Shown here: in pieces, positions 44,522 to 54,184 of the stretch
Layout of the letters: each line of letters starts with the position of its first letter
Numbering within the stretch: position 1 is the first letter of the stretch
Source: an uncultured Acidimicrobiales bacterium
Lineage (GTDB): Bacteria; Actinomycetota; Acidimicrobiia; Acidimicrobiales; SZUA-35
DNA length: 64,000 nt
Assembly (NCBI GenBank): GCA_937925335.1
Contig: CALEWY010000008.1
Span: 66 to 64,065, forward strand
Direction of reading: 5' to 3'
Position numbers and translations under genes: made by a program
Notes under the pieces: generated by a model
Told to the model about the DNA's origin: nothing
What the model saw: only the letters and a program-made list of their open reading frames with translations
The model's database searches: none

Positions 44522-45301
44522 ATGGGAGATGCACAAGACCAGGCTGTTGCCGAACAGATCGAGCGGGCCCGAGGGTTGATCGACGAGGCGGGTCGCGTCG
44601 CGGTGTTGACTGGTGCGGGCATCTCGACGGATTCGCGGATTCCTGATTTTCGTGGACCTCAGGGTGTCTGGACGAAGAATCCCAAAGCCGAGAAGACGGC
44701 AACGATCCAGAACTACGTGGCCGAGAAGGACGTGCGGATTCGGGCATGGCGAGGTCGGCTCGATTCGCCGGTGTGGAGTGCCGAACCGAACGACGGCCAC
44801 CTCGCCCTGCTCGAACTCGAACGCCGTCGCAAGATGAGCCTGCTCATCACCCAGAACATCGACGGCCTTCATCACGCTGCGGGTTCGGATCCCGACCGCA
44901 TCGTTGAAGTGCACGGCTCGATCCGTGAGGTTGTCTGCTTGAGCTGCGACTACCGAGCCCCGATGCAGGTCGCGCTGGACCGCGTGCGTGGGGGAGAAGA
45001 AGACCCGGAGTGTCCCGAGTGTGGAGGGATGCTGAAGTCGTCGACGATCAGCTTTGGCCAGAGCCTCATCGAAGAAGACCTCCGGCGGGCTGATGAGGCC
45101 GCAAGGGTGTGTGACCTCATGTTGGCGATCGGATCAACGCTTGCCGTGTATCCGATTGCCAACGTCGTGCCGATGGCGAAAGCAACCGGCGCAAAGCTGA
45201 TCATTCTCAACGGCGAACCAACGGAGATGGACGAACTTGCCGACGTTGTCGTTCGCGGTTCGATCTCTGAAGTACTGCCAAAAATGCTCGCCGCTCGATG
45301 A
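44522..45301 (+). CDS. cobB: NAD-dependent protein deacylase (Sir2 family)
   Basis: LTGAGISTDSRIPDFRG, QNIDGLH, Zn ribbon CLSC...CPECGG, and GSTLAVYP. ATG 44522 avoids overlap with the FkbM gene. Confidence 0.9.
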   Translation: MGDAQDQAVAEQIERARGLIDEAGRVAVLTGAGISTDSRIPDFRGPQGVWTKNPKAEKTATIQNYVAEKDVRIRAWRGRLDSPVWSAEPNDGHLALLELERRRKMSLLITQNIDGLHHAAGSDPDRIVEVHGSIREVVCLSCDYRAPMQVALDRVRGGEEDPECPECGGMLKSSTISFGQSLIEEDLRRADEAARVCDLMLAIGSTLAVYPIANVVPMAKATGAKLIILNGEPTEMDELADVVVRGSISEVLPKMLAAR

Positions 45302-45684
45302 GCTTCTTCGAATCGCTCGTCAAGCCCGACTGGATGCCGCCGGGTTGGGCGTTCCCCGCAGCATGGTTCTCACTATGGGCGCTCCAGGCCGTCGCCCTCG
45401 TGATTCTGCTCGGGGCGCAAAAGCAGGGGAGGGGTCTTGCCCTTGGCCTCCTCGCTGCTCAGTTTGTGACAGCGGTTGCGTGGCAGAGCGTCGTGTTCGG
45501 CCCCGGAAGGCTGACGCTGTCAGCGTGGTGGCTTGTTGGTGTGCTCGTCCTCGTCGTCGCCGCAACCCTTGCCGCTCTGCGAGTTGATTTCGTCGCTGGT
45601 CTGCTCGTGGCTCCGACGATCGTGTGGATGTCGGTTGCCACAACCCTTGGATTCTCCCTGCTTCGCCTCAACCCGGGCGCTTGA
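45298..45684 (+). CDS. TspO/MBR-family membrane protein lacking the first TM helix
   Basis: It begins directly at the LVKPDWMPPGWAFPAAW motif, which normally follows TM1. The in-frame stop at 45268 prevents upstream extension. ATGA overlap with the cobB stop. Confidence 0.7.
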   Translation: MSFFESLVKPDWMPPGWAFPAAWFSLWALQAVALVILLGAQKQGRGLALGLLAAQFVTAVAWQSVVFGPGRLTLSAWWLVGVLVLVVAATLAALRVDFVAGLLVAPTIVWMSVATTLGFSLLRLNPGA

Positions 45685-45715
45685 ATCGCTCGGCCCAGGC
45701 TCCTGCTTGGTTCTT

Positions 45716-46267
45716 CTAACCGAGTGCGGCGCTGAGGGCGCCGAGAGCGAACAGAAGGACTGGTGGGAGGATCAACACGGTGGCGATCGGTAATCCGCGT
45801 TGCCCGGCTGGTAGGAGAAGCCGGACAAAGAGCACGGCGGCGATGACATAGGAAACGACCATCGCAGCGCCTCCGGCGAGCAATGCAGCGATGATCGTTC
45901 CAAGGTCGTCGAAGTCGAGCATCTCGGAGTCTTCGATGAAGAGTGTGACGACGAGTCCCGTGACGACGCTGAAGACGATGAACGCAACGATCGTCGCCAG
46001 GACGAACAGCAGAATCGTCATGCCGATGACGCGGCCCTGGCTCGCCCGCTTTGTTTGATCGGCGGACACCTGCTGCGGAGGGTTGGTGTACTGCATCGGC
46101 GGTTGCGCGTACTGCGCAGGCGGTTGTGCGTACTGGGGTTGCTGCGCTGGTGGTTGTGCGAACTGTGGTTGCTGTGCTGGTGGTTGTGCGAACTGGGGTT
46201 GCTGTACCTGGGGTTGCTGCACGGGCGGTTGCTGGCCTGGCTGCTGGTGTGGCTGCTCCGGAATCAC
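45716..46267 (-). CDS. Membrane protein with Gln/Pro-rich repeat N-terminus
   Basis: (F/Y)AQPPAQQPQ decapeptide repeats followed by about 4 TM segments. Confidence 0.6.
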   Translation of the reverse strand: MIPEQPHQQPGQQPPVQQPQVQQPQFAQPPAQQPQFAQPPAQQPQYAQPPAQYAQPPMQYTNPPQQVSADQTKRASQGRVIGMTILLFVLATIVAFIVFSVVTGLVVTLFIEDSEMLDFDDLGTIIAALLAGGAAMVVSYVIAAVLFVRLLLPAGQRGLPIATVLILPPVLLFALGALSAALG

Positions 46268-46388
46268 GGGGTCACCTTCTCACACAGTGGCGCTCCTCAC
46301 CTCACGAACGGCGATCTCACGGAATGTGGAGGCGGTCGAGTTGGTTGAATGAAATTGATTCCCGACCAACCAGATAGGGTTTTGAACC

Positions 46389-47558
46389 ATGGCATCGTTT
46401 CGAGAGTTGTTGGCAGCCACCAAGGCTGAGATTCGTGAGGTCGACACCGAGGGTGGGGCGGCCGCATTGGCGGCTGGCGCCACGCTGGTCGACGTCCGAG
46501 AACCTGACGAGACGGCGCAAGGGATCGTGCCAGGGTCGGTCACGATCGTGCGAGGCAACCTCGAAGCTCAGATCGAGAATCGCATTCCGGACAAGGCAAC
46601 ACCGCTGGTCGTGATGTGCGCGGGCGGCGTTCGCTCGGCCTTTGCGGCCAAGAGCCTGGCCGAGCTCGGCTACACCGACATCGTCTCCATGGACGGTGGA
46701 TTCAACAAGTGGAAGGACGAGGGTCGTGACTGGGTCGCCCCGCAAACCCTCGACGCTGGCCAGCGCAATCGCTACAGCCGCCATCTCCTCCTTCCCGAGG
46801 TTGGCGAAGAGGGGCAGCTGAAGCTGCTCAACGCAAAGGTGCTTCTTCTCGGAGCTGGTGGTCTCGGATCGCCAGCTGCGCTCTACCTTGCAGCAGCTGG
46901 TGTTGGCACGCTCGGCATTGTCGACATGGACGTCGTGGACGAGTCCAACCTTCAGCGTCAGATCCTTCACAACCTGGATCGCATCGGCGATCGCAAGGTC
47001 GATTCGGCCAAGAAGACGCTCACCGCCATGAATCCCGACCTCAACGTGGTCACCTACGACCAGCGCTTGGGCGCCGACAACATCATGGGGATCCTCGACG
47101 GCTATGACGTCGTGATCGATGGCGCCGACAACTTCCCGAGCCGCTACATCCTCAACGATGCGTCGGTGAAGCTCGGCATCCCGGTTGTCCACGGCTCGAT
47201 CTTCCGGTTCGAAGGCCAAATCACGGTGTTCGACCCCCTCGACGGGCCGACCTATCGCGATCTCCTTCCCGAGCCTCCTCCGCCGGAACTGGCACCGAGT
47301 TGCGCTGAAGCTGGAGTGCTCGGCGTGTTGCCGGGCATCGTTGGTTCGATCCAGGCTCTCGAGGCGATCAAGCTGATCCTCGGTCTTGGCGACTCACTCA
47401 AGGGCCGTCTCGTTGCGTTCGACGCCGCTGAGATGTCGTTTAGGGAGTACCGCATCCCTGTCGATCCGAACAATCAGGTCACGTATGCCAATCGGGACGC
47501 GTTCGAGGTCGTCGAGCTCGACGGCCTGTGCATGCCTGCCTTCACCGCAGCGGTGTAA
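46389..47558 (+). CDS. Rhodanese-ThiF/MoeB fusion (MoeZ-like adenylyltransferase/sulfurtransferase with N-terminal rhodanese)
   Basis: The N-terminal rhodanese has an active-site loop VVMCAGGVRS. The ThiF domain follows: RYSRHLLLPEVG, LLLGAGGLGSPAALYLAAAGVG, DESNLQRQILH, CAEAGVLG. Confidence 0.85.
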   Translation: MASFRELLAATKAEIREVDTEGGAAALAAGATLVDVREPDETAQGIVPGSVTIVRGNLEAQIENRIPDKATPLVVMCAGGVRSAFAAKSLAELGYTDIVSMDGGFNKWKDEGRDWVAPQTLDAGQRNRYSRHLLLPEVGEEGQLKLLNAKVLLLGAGGLGSPAALYLAAAGVGTLGIVDMDVVDESNLQRQILHNLDRIGDRKVDSAKKTLTAMNPDLNVVTYDQRLGADNIMGILDGYDVVIDGADNFPSRYILNDASVKLGIPVVHGSIFRFEGQITVFDPLDGPTYRDLLPEPPPPELAPSCAEAGVLGVLPGIVGSIQALEAIKLILGLGDSLKGRLVAFDAAEMSFREYRIPVDPNNQVTYANRDAFEVVELDGLCMPAFTAAV

Positions 47559-47691
47559 GGGCACGATCTGAACAATTCGAAAATGGTTGGGTGGAACGAC
47601 CGAGGCGACCCGTCGATCCATCGCGCGGCAGTTACGATGCCCCGGTCCTGGAAACGCTGCTCTTGAGCAGTCGATCGGGGCTCACCGCGCC

Positions 47692-50406
47692 ATGATTGAC
47701 TCCACTCGCCTCACCCACCGCCGCGCCCGCATCGGCAGCCTGATCGTGGCTCTTGTCGCCGTCGCTGCACTGCTCGGACCGGTGCCCGCCGGCGCAAGCC
47801 CCGCCCAGCCGTGGGTGGCGGCGCCCGACGGTGCGGGGGATGGCGACGACGCATTCGAGACCACACTCGGTGTGGAACGCCAGCAGGTCGAGATGGGTGT
47901 TGAGTGGACCGACGATGGCGCGGCGCGTGAGGTATTGCTGCACGCCGGTCACGACCATGCCCCGGGTGCCCACACCGGGCCGCCCGAAGACGAACGGGTC
48001 GCTGCGCTCCTCGTTCCGACCAGCGGTGTACGGATCGACCTTCCTCAAGGCGCAGCGATGGTCATCCTCGAGTCGGCCGATGACACCGACCTCGGCACGG
48101 TTGCGATCCGCAGCTTGAACGGTGCGGGTACCGATGAGACGTGGTCGGAATGGACCGCTCTCGACACCCATATCGAAGACGCCCCGGACGGGCTCGCCGG
48201 CGAAGAGGGGTCGATCGCGGGCGTGAGCGCCGTCGGACCAATCTGGGTCGGTGACGATGCTCAAGCGGTCGAGATCGCACGGCTCGGCCAGTCACAAGCG
48301 CTCGTCGTCGAGTCGCTCACCCCGAGCCGCCAAAGCCCGAGCGATTCGTTCGACGTTGACCCGCAGCTCGCTCAGCCAAGCCGACCGTCGATCATTCCTC
48401 GTTCGAGTTGGACGAGCGCGGGCTGGGCATTCGACAACGACACGTGCGAAAACGGGCCGACGTTTGCTCGCAACCTTGAGGCGATGGTGGTTCATCACAC
48501 CGTCACCACGAACTCGTACGGAGCCGATTCGGTCGCCGGCATGATCGAAGGGATTCGCCGCTTCCACGTCAACACGCGTGGCTGGTGCGACATCGCCTAC
48601 AACTTCGTCGTCGACCGCTTCGGTCGGATCTGGGAAGCTCGGATAGGCGGCATCGAAGAGCCGGTCATCGGTGGCCACACCCGCGGCTTCAACACCGCTA
48701 CCTCTGGCATCGCCGTGCTCGGCACGCATTCATCCACCCCCGCCCCGCAGATCACCCTTGACGCCATCGCAGCGTTGGCCGACTGGAAGCTCGGCCTGTT
48801 CGGTGCTGACCCGCTCGGAACCGTTTGGCTGAAGAGCCGAACGGGCGCAACCGGTCCTCTTCGTTATCCAAACGGAACCTGGGTTGAGTCGCCTCGCCTC
48901 GTCGGGCATCGCGAGCTTGTGCTCACGTCATGCCCGGGCAATGGCCTGCACCCGAACATCCCGAGCATTCGTGCCCGGATGGCCGCAACAACCGACGACA
49001 TCCCGTACACGTTCCCCTCTCGCGAGCCGCTCGATTCTGGCCCTGCGCTGTTCGTGGTCGACACCGTTGGCGGCATCCGTCCAGCGGGCGCGGCCGCCAC
49101 GCCCTCACCGAACCCGTCGGCGCTCGCCACTGGAACAGCGGTTGCCGTCGATGGTGGCAACGGCCGTGGATTCGTTCTTTCGTCGACCGGTGACGTCATC
49201 GGGTTCGGCGGAGCGTCCTCGCCGGGATCGAAGCCCGCCGGTGGCGCAACCGCGGTCGATCTTGTGGCCTCTGATGATGGAAGCCGAGGCTGGGTCCTCG
49301 ATTCCACTGGCACGCTCCACGGCTTCAATGGAGCATCGGATCGATCCCCATCCTCTGCTGTCTCGCCTGCAGTTGCAGCACTGCTCACCGACGACGGCTC
49401 GGGGTATGTGCTTGACGGTTCCGGTGGCCTGCACGCGGTCGGCGGAGGGCCGAGCCGGTCCATCGCAGCCTCGGTAGCCGCTGTTGATCTTGCGCTTCGG
49501 GCCGACGGCGAGAGTGGCTGGGTACTCGATGTTGCTGGCCGTTTGCACCCGTTCGGCGGTGCGCCGGAGCAGCAGTCAGCTCTCGCCGGTGCGGCCGGCA
49601 GCCGGGCACGTGCCGTGCTGGCCGACCCAACCGATCGTGGTGGTTGGGTGCTCGACAGCGAAGGCCGTCTCTTCAGTTTCGGGCAACCTCGAGATGTGCA
49701 GCCGTTGACCACAACGGTTGGCAACCCGACCATCGTTGATGCCGGCTTGTGGTGGCACCTGCCGACCGATCTCGCACAAACCGAAGACGCCGCGTACACC
49801 CAAGGCTTGTTCACGCTGTTCCTCGGGCGCCCGGCCTCGCTGACCGAGCTCGACTACTGGAGTTGGCGCATCCACTACGAAGATCGGGCACCGATCGCCG
49901 AGGGATTCGCAACATCAGACGAGTGGGCGGGTGTCATCGTCAGCGACATCTACACCGATGTCTTGGGCCGACCGCCAGAGCCCGAGGGTCGAGCGTTCTG
50001 GGTGCAACGGTTGCGCGACGGCGTCCGCACGCAAGACCTTGGCGCCTCGTTCTATTCGTCGCCCGAGTATGTGGATGCGGCAGGCTCGAACGCTGAATAT
50101 GTCAGACGCCTTTACCGAGCGCTCCTCCATCGCGAGGCGGATCAAGCGGGCCTTGCCCACTGGGTTGGCCTCCTCGACTCGGGCCAAGCCGTGCCCGGCG
50201 ATATTGCCTCCGGCTTCTATCAGTCGGTTGAATCTCGAAACGACCGCGTCACCCGCCTTTACCAGGCGGTTTTGGGGCGAGCCCCCGACGTCGAAGGTCG
50301 TGACTTTTGGGCCGGACGGCTCCTCGTTGAAGACGACATCGCCCTCGCCGTTGACCTTGCGGTCAGCGATGAGTTCTACGACCGTCTGACCGAGGGGCTC
50401 GACTAG
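47692..50406 (+). CDS. Secreted N-acetylmuramoyl-L-alanine amidase (Amidase_2/PGRP) with 5x ~40-aa repeats and a C-terminal 4x DUF4214-type cassette
   Basis: Signal peptide MIDSTRLTHRRARIGSLIVALVAVAALLGPVPAGA. Amidase_2 motifs are MVVHHT, CDIAYNFVVDRFG..WE.R, GGHT.GFN and GHREL..TSCPG. DUF4214-like LGR...E.G..FW repeats are at the C-terminus. Confidence 0.8.
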   Translation: MIDSTRLTHRRARIGSLIVALVAVAALLGPVPAGASPAQPWVAAPDGAGDGDDAFETTLGVERQQVEMGVEWTDDGAAREVLLHAGHDHAPGAHTGPPEDERVAALLVPTSGVRIDLPQGAAMVILESADDTDLGTVAIRSLNGAGTDETWSEWTALDTHIEDAPDGLAGEEGSIAGVSAVGPIWVGDDAQAVEIARLGQSQALVVESLTPSRQSPSDSFDVDPQLAQPSRPSIIPRSSWTSAGWAFDNDTCENGPTFARNLEAMVVHHTVTTNSYGADSVAGMIEGIRRFHVNTRGWCDIAYNFVVDRFGRIWEARIGGIEEPVIGGHTRGFNTATSGIAVLGTHSSTPAPQITLDAIAALADWKLGLFGADPLGTVWLKSRTGATGPLRYPNGTWVESPRLVGHRELVLTSCPGNGLHPNIPSIRARMAATTDDIPYTFPSREPLDSGPALFVVDTVGGIRPAGAAATPSPNPSALATGTAVAVDGGNGRGFVLSSTGDVIGFGGASSPGSKPAGGATAVDLVASDDGSRGWVLDSTGTLHGFNGASDRSPSSAVSPAVAALLTDDGSGYVLDGSGGLHAVGGGPSRSIAASVAAVDLALRADGESGWVLDVAGRLHPFGGAPEQQSALAGAAGSRARAVLADPTDRGGWVLDSEGRLFSFGQPRDVQPLTTTVGNPTIVDAGLWWHLPTDLAQTEDAAYTQGLFTLFLGRPASLTELDYWSWRIHYEDRAPIAEGFATSDEWAGVIVSDIYTDVLGRPPEPEGRAFWVQRLRDGVRTQDLGASFYSSPEYVDAAGSNAEYVRRLYRALLHREADQAGLAHWVGLLDSGQAVPGDIASGFYQSVESRNDRVTRLYQAVLGRAPDVEGRDFWAGRLLVEDDIALAVDLAVSDEFYDRLTEGLD

Positions 50407-50430
50407 GGCGGTTCGCCGATCTAGGTCGTA

Positions 50431-50463
50431 GTTCCCGCCTGGGCCGTTTGGCCTGACGGGAAC
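50431..50463 (+). terminator. Weak hairpin after the amidase gene
   Basis: GTTCCCG-N19-CGGGAAC with an inner GGCC-gttt-GGCC. There is no U-tract. Confidence 0.25.
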
Positions 50464-50515
50464 CGGTCCATTGGAACTACCTTTTCTTCACGCGCGGGCG
50501 TTTGAATCCGATGGG

Positions 50516-52450
50516 ATGGACATGTTTCTCTTGACCAGACACACGATCAGGCCGCTGATGGCGCTGTTCGTCGTGCTCGGCATCGTTGGCGGCACCGTCG
50601 GCGGGGTTGCACCAACGCCGGCGAGCGCACAGTCGAGTGACCCCGTGGTGTTGTTCAGCGGGCACGGGTGGGGCCACGGCCGTGGCATGGGCCAATGGGG
50701 CGCACAGGGTTACGCCCTGGAACAGGGTTGGACCTCCAGCCAGATTCTGAGTCACTTCTACAGCAACACGACCGCTGGTTCGGTCGACACGGCGATCAGC
50801 CCGATCCAGCCGGCCATCGATCCAGACAGCGTTCGTGTCGAGATCCGCGCCCAGCGTTCGAACACGATGCGAGTGCGCGTCGAAGTCGGCGAGATGGTGA
50901 TCTCGAACCCGGCGACCGGCGAACCGCTCGGCCTCGCCACCCAAGGACAGACCGTCCACGTGGCGGTCGGCGCTGAGGGATTGATCTTCCGCATCTCCAC
51001 GAGCTGCACGGACGCAAACTGGCTGTTCGTCTCCGAGCATCCGGATCTCACGGCCATCGACGTCACCGCTGTTGCCGCTGACGACGCACACCGTGGCCTG
51101 CTCGAGCTGTGCAAACCCGATGGCGGCAGCAACTGGTACGAAGGTGTGTTGCGAGCCAACAACGTCAACGGCGAGACCCGAACCGTCAACATCGTCCCGA
51201 TCGAAACCTACCTGCGCGGCGTGGTGCCGCGCGAGGTGTTCTCCACGTGGGAGCCGGCCGCTCTCGAGTCCCAAGCTGTCGCTGCTCGCTCGTATGCCAT
51301 GGCCGGCGATACCCGCCAGCAGCCCTACGCCGACACGTGCGACACGATCCTGTGTCAGGTGTACGAGGGCCGCTACTTCCGTCGTGCCGGCCAAACCAGC
51401 GATCCCGAACGGGTCAACGTGGCTTCCACCGACGCCGCGATCGCTGCGACCGACGGCCAGGTTCGAGTGTTCGCCGATGGCACCATCGCTCGCACCGAGT
51501 TCTCCGCCTCCACCGGTGGCTACACCGTTGAGGGCGACTTCCCAGCGGTTGTTGACAACGGTGACTCCACGCCGGCGAACCCACGCCATGACTGGGAGAT
51601 CGCCGTCAACATGAGCTCGTATGAGCGAAGCGTTGGCAAGGGTGCCCTTCTCGACATCAACGTGACCGAACGAAACGGCCTCGGCGAAGATGGTGGCCGA
51701 GTGCTCAACGTTGAGTTCATCTTCGAAAACGGAACGACATCGCTCACCGGCAACGAAGCTCGCCGTCAGTTCGGCCTCTTCTCGGACTGGTTCACGCCGA
51801 GCGAAGTCCAGAATGGTGTGCTCACCACCGACTCCTCGAAGTACGTCAATGCGATGTACGAACTCTTCTTGGGTCGCTCAGCCAGCGTCGCCGAACGGGT
51901 CGCATGGGGTGATGAGATCGAGTCCGGCAATCGAGCGGCCTTGACCGACGAACTCTCAACCAGCCGTGAGTGGGCCGGAGTTGTCATCCAAGAGATCTAC
52001 GTTTCGGCACTCGGACGGCCGGCTGACGAAGCCGGACTCGACTTCTGGACGTCCCGTATTCGAAGCGGTGTTCGCGTCGAAGAGATCGGTGCACAGTTCT
52101 ACGGATCGCCCGAGTACTTCGCCCGGGCTGGTGGCACGAACGAAGCGTTCGTCGGATCGCTCTACCGAGAGCTGCTCGGCCGTGAAGCCGACCAAGCGGG
52201 CCTCGACTTTTGGGCTGGCCAGCTCGATCGGGGCGAGGTCGATACCGGGGCTGTCGCCAGCGGTTTCTACATGTCGATCGAATCACGTCGAGGTCGAGTG
52301 ACCGCTCTCTACCAGAGCGTGCTCGGCCGTGGTCCTGACGACGCTGGACTCGAGTACTGGGCCGGGCAACTGCTCGTGACCGACGATGTCGCCCTCGCTT
52401 CGAGCCTTGCGATTTCGGACGAATCGTTCCAGCGAGCACTGCAGAACTGA
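50516..52450 (+). CDS. SpoIID/LytB-domain protein with C-terminal 4x DUF4214-type cassette
   Basis: Signal/TM segment is present. GHGWGHGRGMGQWGAQGYA, VVPREV......ALESQAVAARSYA and QVY.G motifs of SpoIID. The C-terminal cassette is collinear with those of 47692..50406 and 59606..61789. Confidence 0.8.
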   Translation: MDMFLLTRHTIRPLMALFVVLGIVGGTVGGVAPTPASAQSSDPVVLFSGHGWGHGRGMGQWGAQGYALEQGWTSSQILSHFYSNTTAGSVDTAISPIQPAIDPDSVRVEIRAQRSNTMRVRVEVGEMVISNPATGEPLGLATQGQTVHVAVGAEGLIFRISTSCTDANWLFVSEHPDLTAIDVTAVAADDAHRGLLELCKPDGGSNWYEGVLRANNVNGETRTVNIVPIETYLRGVVPREVFSTWEPAALESQAVAARSYAMAGDTRQQPYADTCDTILCQVYEGRYFRRAGQTSDPERVNVASTDAAIAATDGQVRVFADGTIARTEFSASTGGYTVEGDFPAVVDNGDSTPANPRHDWEIAVNMSSYERSVGKGALLDINVTERNGLGEDGGRVLNVEFIFENGTTSLTGNEARRQFGLFSDWFTPSEVQNGVLTTDSSKYVNAMYELFLGRSASVAERVAWGDEIESGNRAALTDELSTSREWAGVVIQEIYVSALGRPADEAGLDFWTSRIRSGVRVEEIGAQFYGSPEYFARAGGTNEAFVGSLYRELLGREADQAGLDFWAGQLDRGEVDTGAVASGFYMSIESRRGRVTALYQSVLGRGPDDAGLEYWAGQLLVTDDVALASSLAISDESFQRALQN

Positions 52451-52456
52451 TCACGG

Positions 52457-52777
52457 ATGTCTTCCGAGCTCGAACGCCTTACTGAAACCATCACCCGGCT
52501 CGAAGCTGAGCTGGAGGTGGCTCGGGAGGCGACATCAGTGGCAATGCGGCGAGCGGGTTCAGCGGAGGCGGAACGTAAGGTTCTCGCCGATCGGCTCGCC
52601 GCAGCAGAAGCGGCCCAAGCCGAGTGGACCGAACTCGTCGGACACATCGAACGCGAACGGGTCGTCGCCGCTGAACAGGCCGCCGAACTCAAGGCGCTTC
52701 GAGCATCGACCACATGGAAGATCGGCGACGCAGCGATGTCGCCGTACCGGTGGTACCGGAACGTTCGAGACCAATGA
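52457..52777 (+). CDS. Coiled-coil protein, unknown function
   Basis: 106 aa with a heptad-like Ala/Glu/Leu-rich sequence. ATGA overlap with the downstream GT2 gene. Confidence 0.5.
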   Translation: MSSELERLTETITRLEAELEVAREATSVAMRRAGSAEAERKVLADRLAAAEAAQAEWTELVGHIERERVVAAEQAAELKALRASTTWKIGDAAMSPYRWYRNVRDQ

Positions 52778-54168
52778 CCACCCCAACCGAGGTTCGGTTC
52801 GTCGCCAAGGGCTCGGACGGTCGGATCGTCAACTTCATTGGATTGCTCGCTCCCGACGCTCGCTTGGTCGATGGAGCACACGAGCGCATCGTCGACGTGT
52901 TGGAAGCGCAACCGGACATCGATCTGCTCTACGGCGACAGTTCTCTCACGTCGGAGATCGGTCAGACTCAGGTCGAGATGCGTCCGGCGTTTTCGCCGGA
53001 TCGTCTCATCAATCGATATGACCTCGGCCCGTTGATCGTCGGGCGCGAGTCGATCGTTGAAGGGCGTGGAATCAAGGGATTCCACGAATTCGCGCTCGTT
53101 GCCGCAACGTCGGCTCGGTCGGTCGCACACGTTCCCGAGATCTTGTCGGAACGACAGGGGTCACCGTTTCTCGAAGCCGATGGCGAGGCGGTTGCAACGC
53201 ATCTCTCGGCGATCGGCGCAGCGATGCGGGTTGCTGGCGTCGATGACACGGGAGTGATCGTCGAGCCGACCGATCAACCCCAGCCTCGTGCCTCCATCGT
53301 GATGCTGACGGGCGGTGCACGCCGGATGATCGAGGGGGTTGACGTTCTTCTCGTCGCAAACGCCGTGGCTTCGATCCTCGTCGGGACCCATCGCAGTGAT
53401 GTCGAGATCGTGATCGTCGTCGATGCGAAGTCTCCGCCGCCCCTTGGTGACCTGCTGAAGTCACTCGATCCTGAGCGCGTCACGATCGTCCAAGACACTC
53501 GGCCCTTCAACTTCTCTGCGGCGAACAATCTTGGTGTCCAGGCTGCGACCGGTGAGCATTTGGTCTTCGTCAACGATGACTGTGAAGTGCGCTCAGGCGA
53601 CTGGCTCTCTCGGATCGCGATGCACCTGCAGACGCCCGGTGTCGGCATCGTCGGGGCTCGCCTGCTTTACGGGGACGGACGGCTGCAACACGGTGGCCTG
53701 ATCGCCCGAGACGGCTACATCGAGCACCGATTCGGCGGCTACCCGGACGATGATCGATCCCGCCCGTCCTGGATCGAGAACGTCTCCGCCGTCACCGGCG
53801 CTTGTCTCGGAATCTCTCGGTCGTTGTTTGATCAAGTCGGCGGCTTCCCCGAGGAGTTTCCGCTCAACTTCAACGACGTCCACCTGTGCTTTGCGGCAGC
53901 CGAACTCGGTCAACGGGTGGTGCTCGACCATCGAATCGTGCTCACCCATCACGAAACGTCGAGCCGGGAACCGGGCATCACCGACACCGAGCAGCAGGCA
54001 TTCGAATCGAGATGGCCGGAGCGATCGACCCGAGATCCGTATGACCACCCGGCCTATCTGCCGGTGAGGGCGCAGCCGATCACTCCGCCAGCCTCACTCG
54101 TTCGGCTGCGGACGACACTCGGACTGCCGACGCCCCAGCCCCGCTTGGTGGCACACCAGCCGGGCTGA
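52774..54168 (+). CDS. Family 2 glycosyltransferase (GT-A)
   Basis: The central domain has IVIVVD, FNFSAANNLG, VFVNDD (DxD-like) and RLLY.DG..QH.G motifs. The start overlaps the upstream stop. Confidence 0.85.
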   Translation: MTTPTEVRFVAKGSDGRIVNFIGLLAPDARLVDGAHERIVDVLEAQPDIDLLYGDSSLTSEIGQTQVEMRPAFSPDRLINRYDLGPLIVGRESIVEGRGIKGFHEFALVAATSARSVAHVPEILSERQGSPFLEADGEAVATHLSAIGAAMRVAGVDDTGVIVEPTDQPQPRASIVMLTGGARRMIEGVDVLLVANAVASILVGTHRSDVEIVIVVDAKSPPPLGDLLKSLDPERVTIVQDTRPFNFSAANNLGVQAATGEHLVFVNDDCEVRSGDWLSRIAMHLQTPGVGIVGARLLYGDGRLQHGGLIARDGYIEHRFGGYPDDDRSRPSWIENVSAVTGACLGISRSLFDQVGGFPEEFPLNFNDVHLCFAAAELGQRVVLDHRIVLTHHETSSREPGITDTEQQAFESRWPERSTRDPYDHPAYLPVRAQPITPPASLVRLRTTLGLPTPQPRLVAHQPG

Positions 54169-54184
54169 TGGCCGAGCGGCTGAG

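Noticed and set aside
50477-51589. 370-aa minus-strand ORF
   Set aside because: It is antisense to the SpoIID-domain gene, which has diagnostic motifs.
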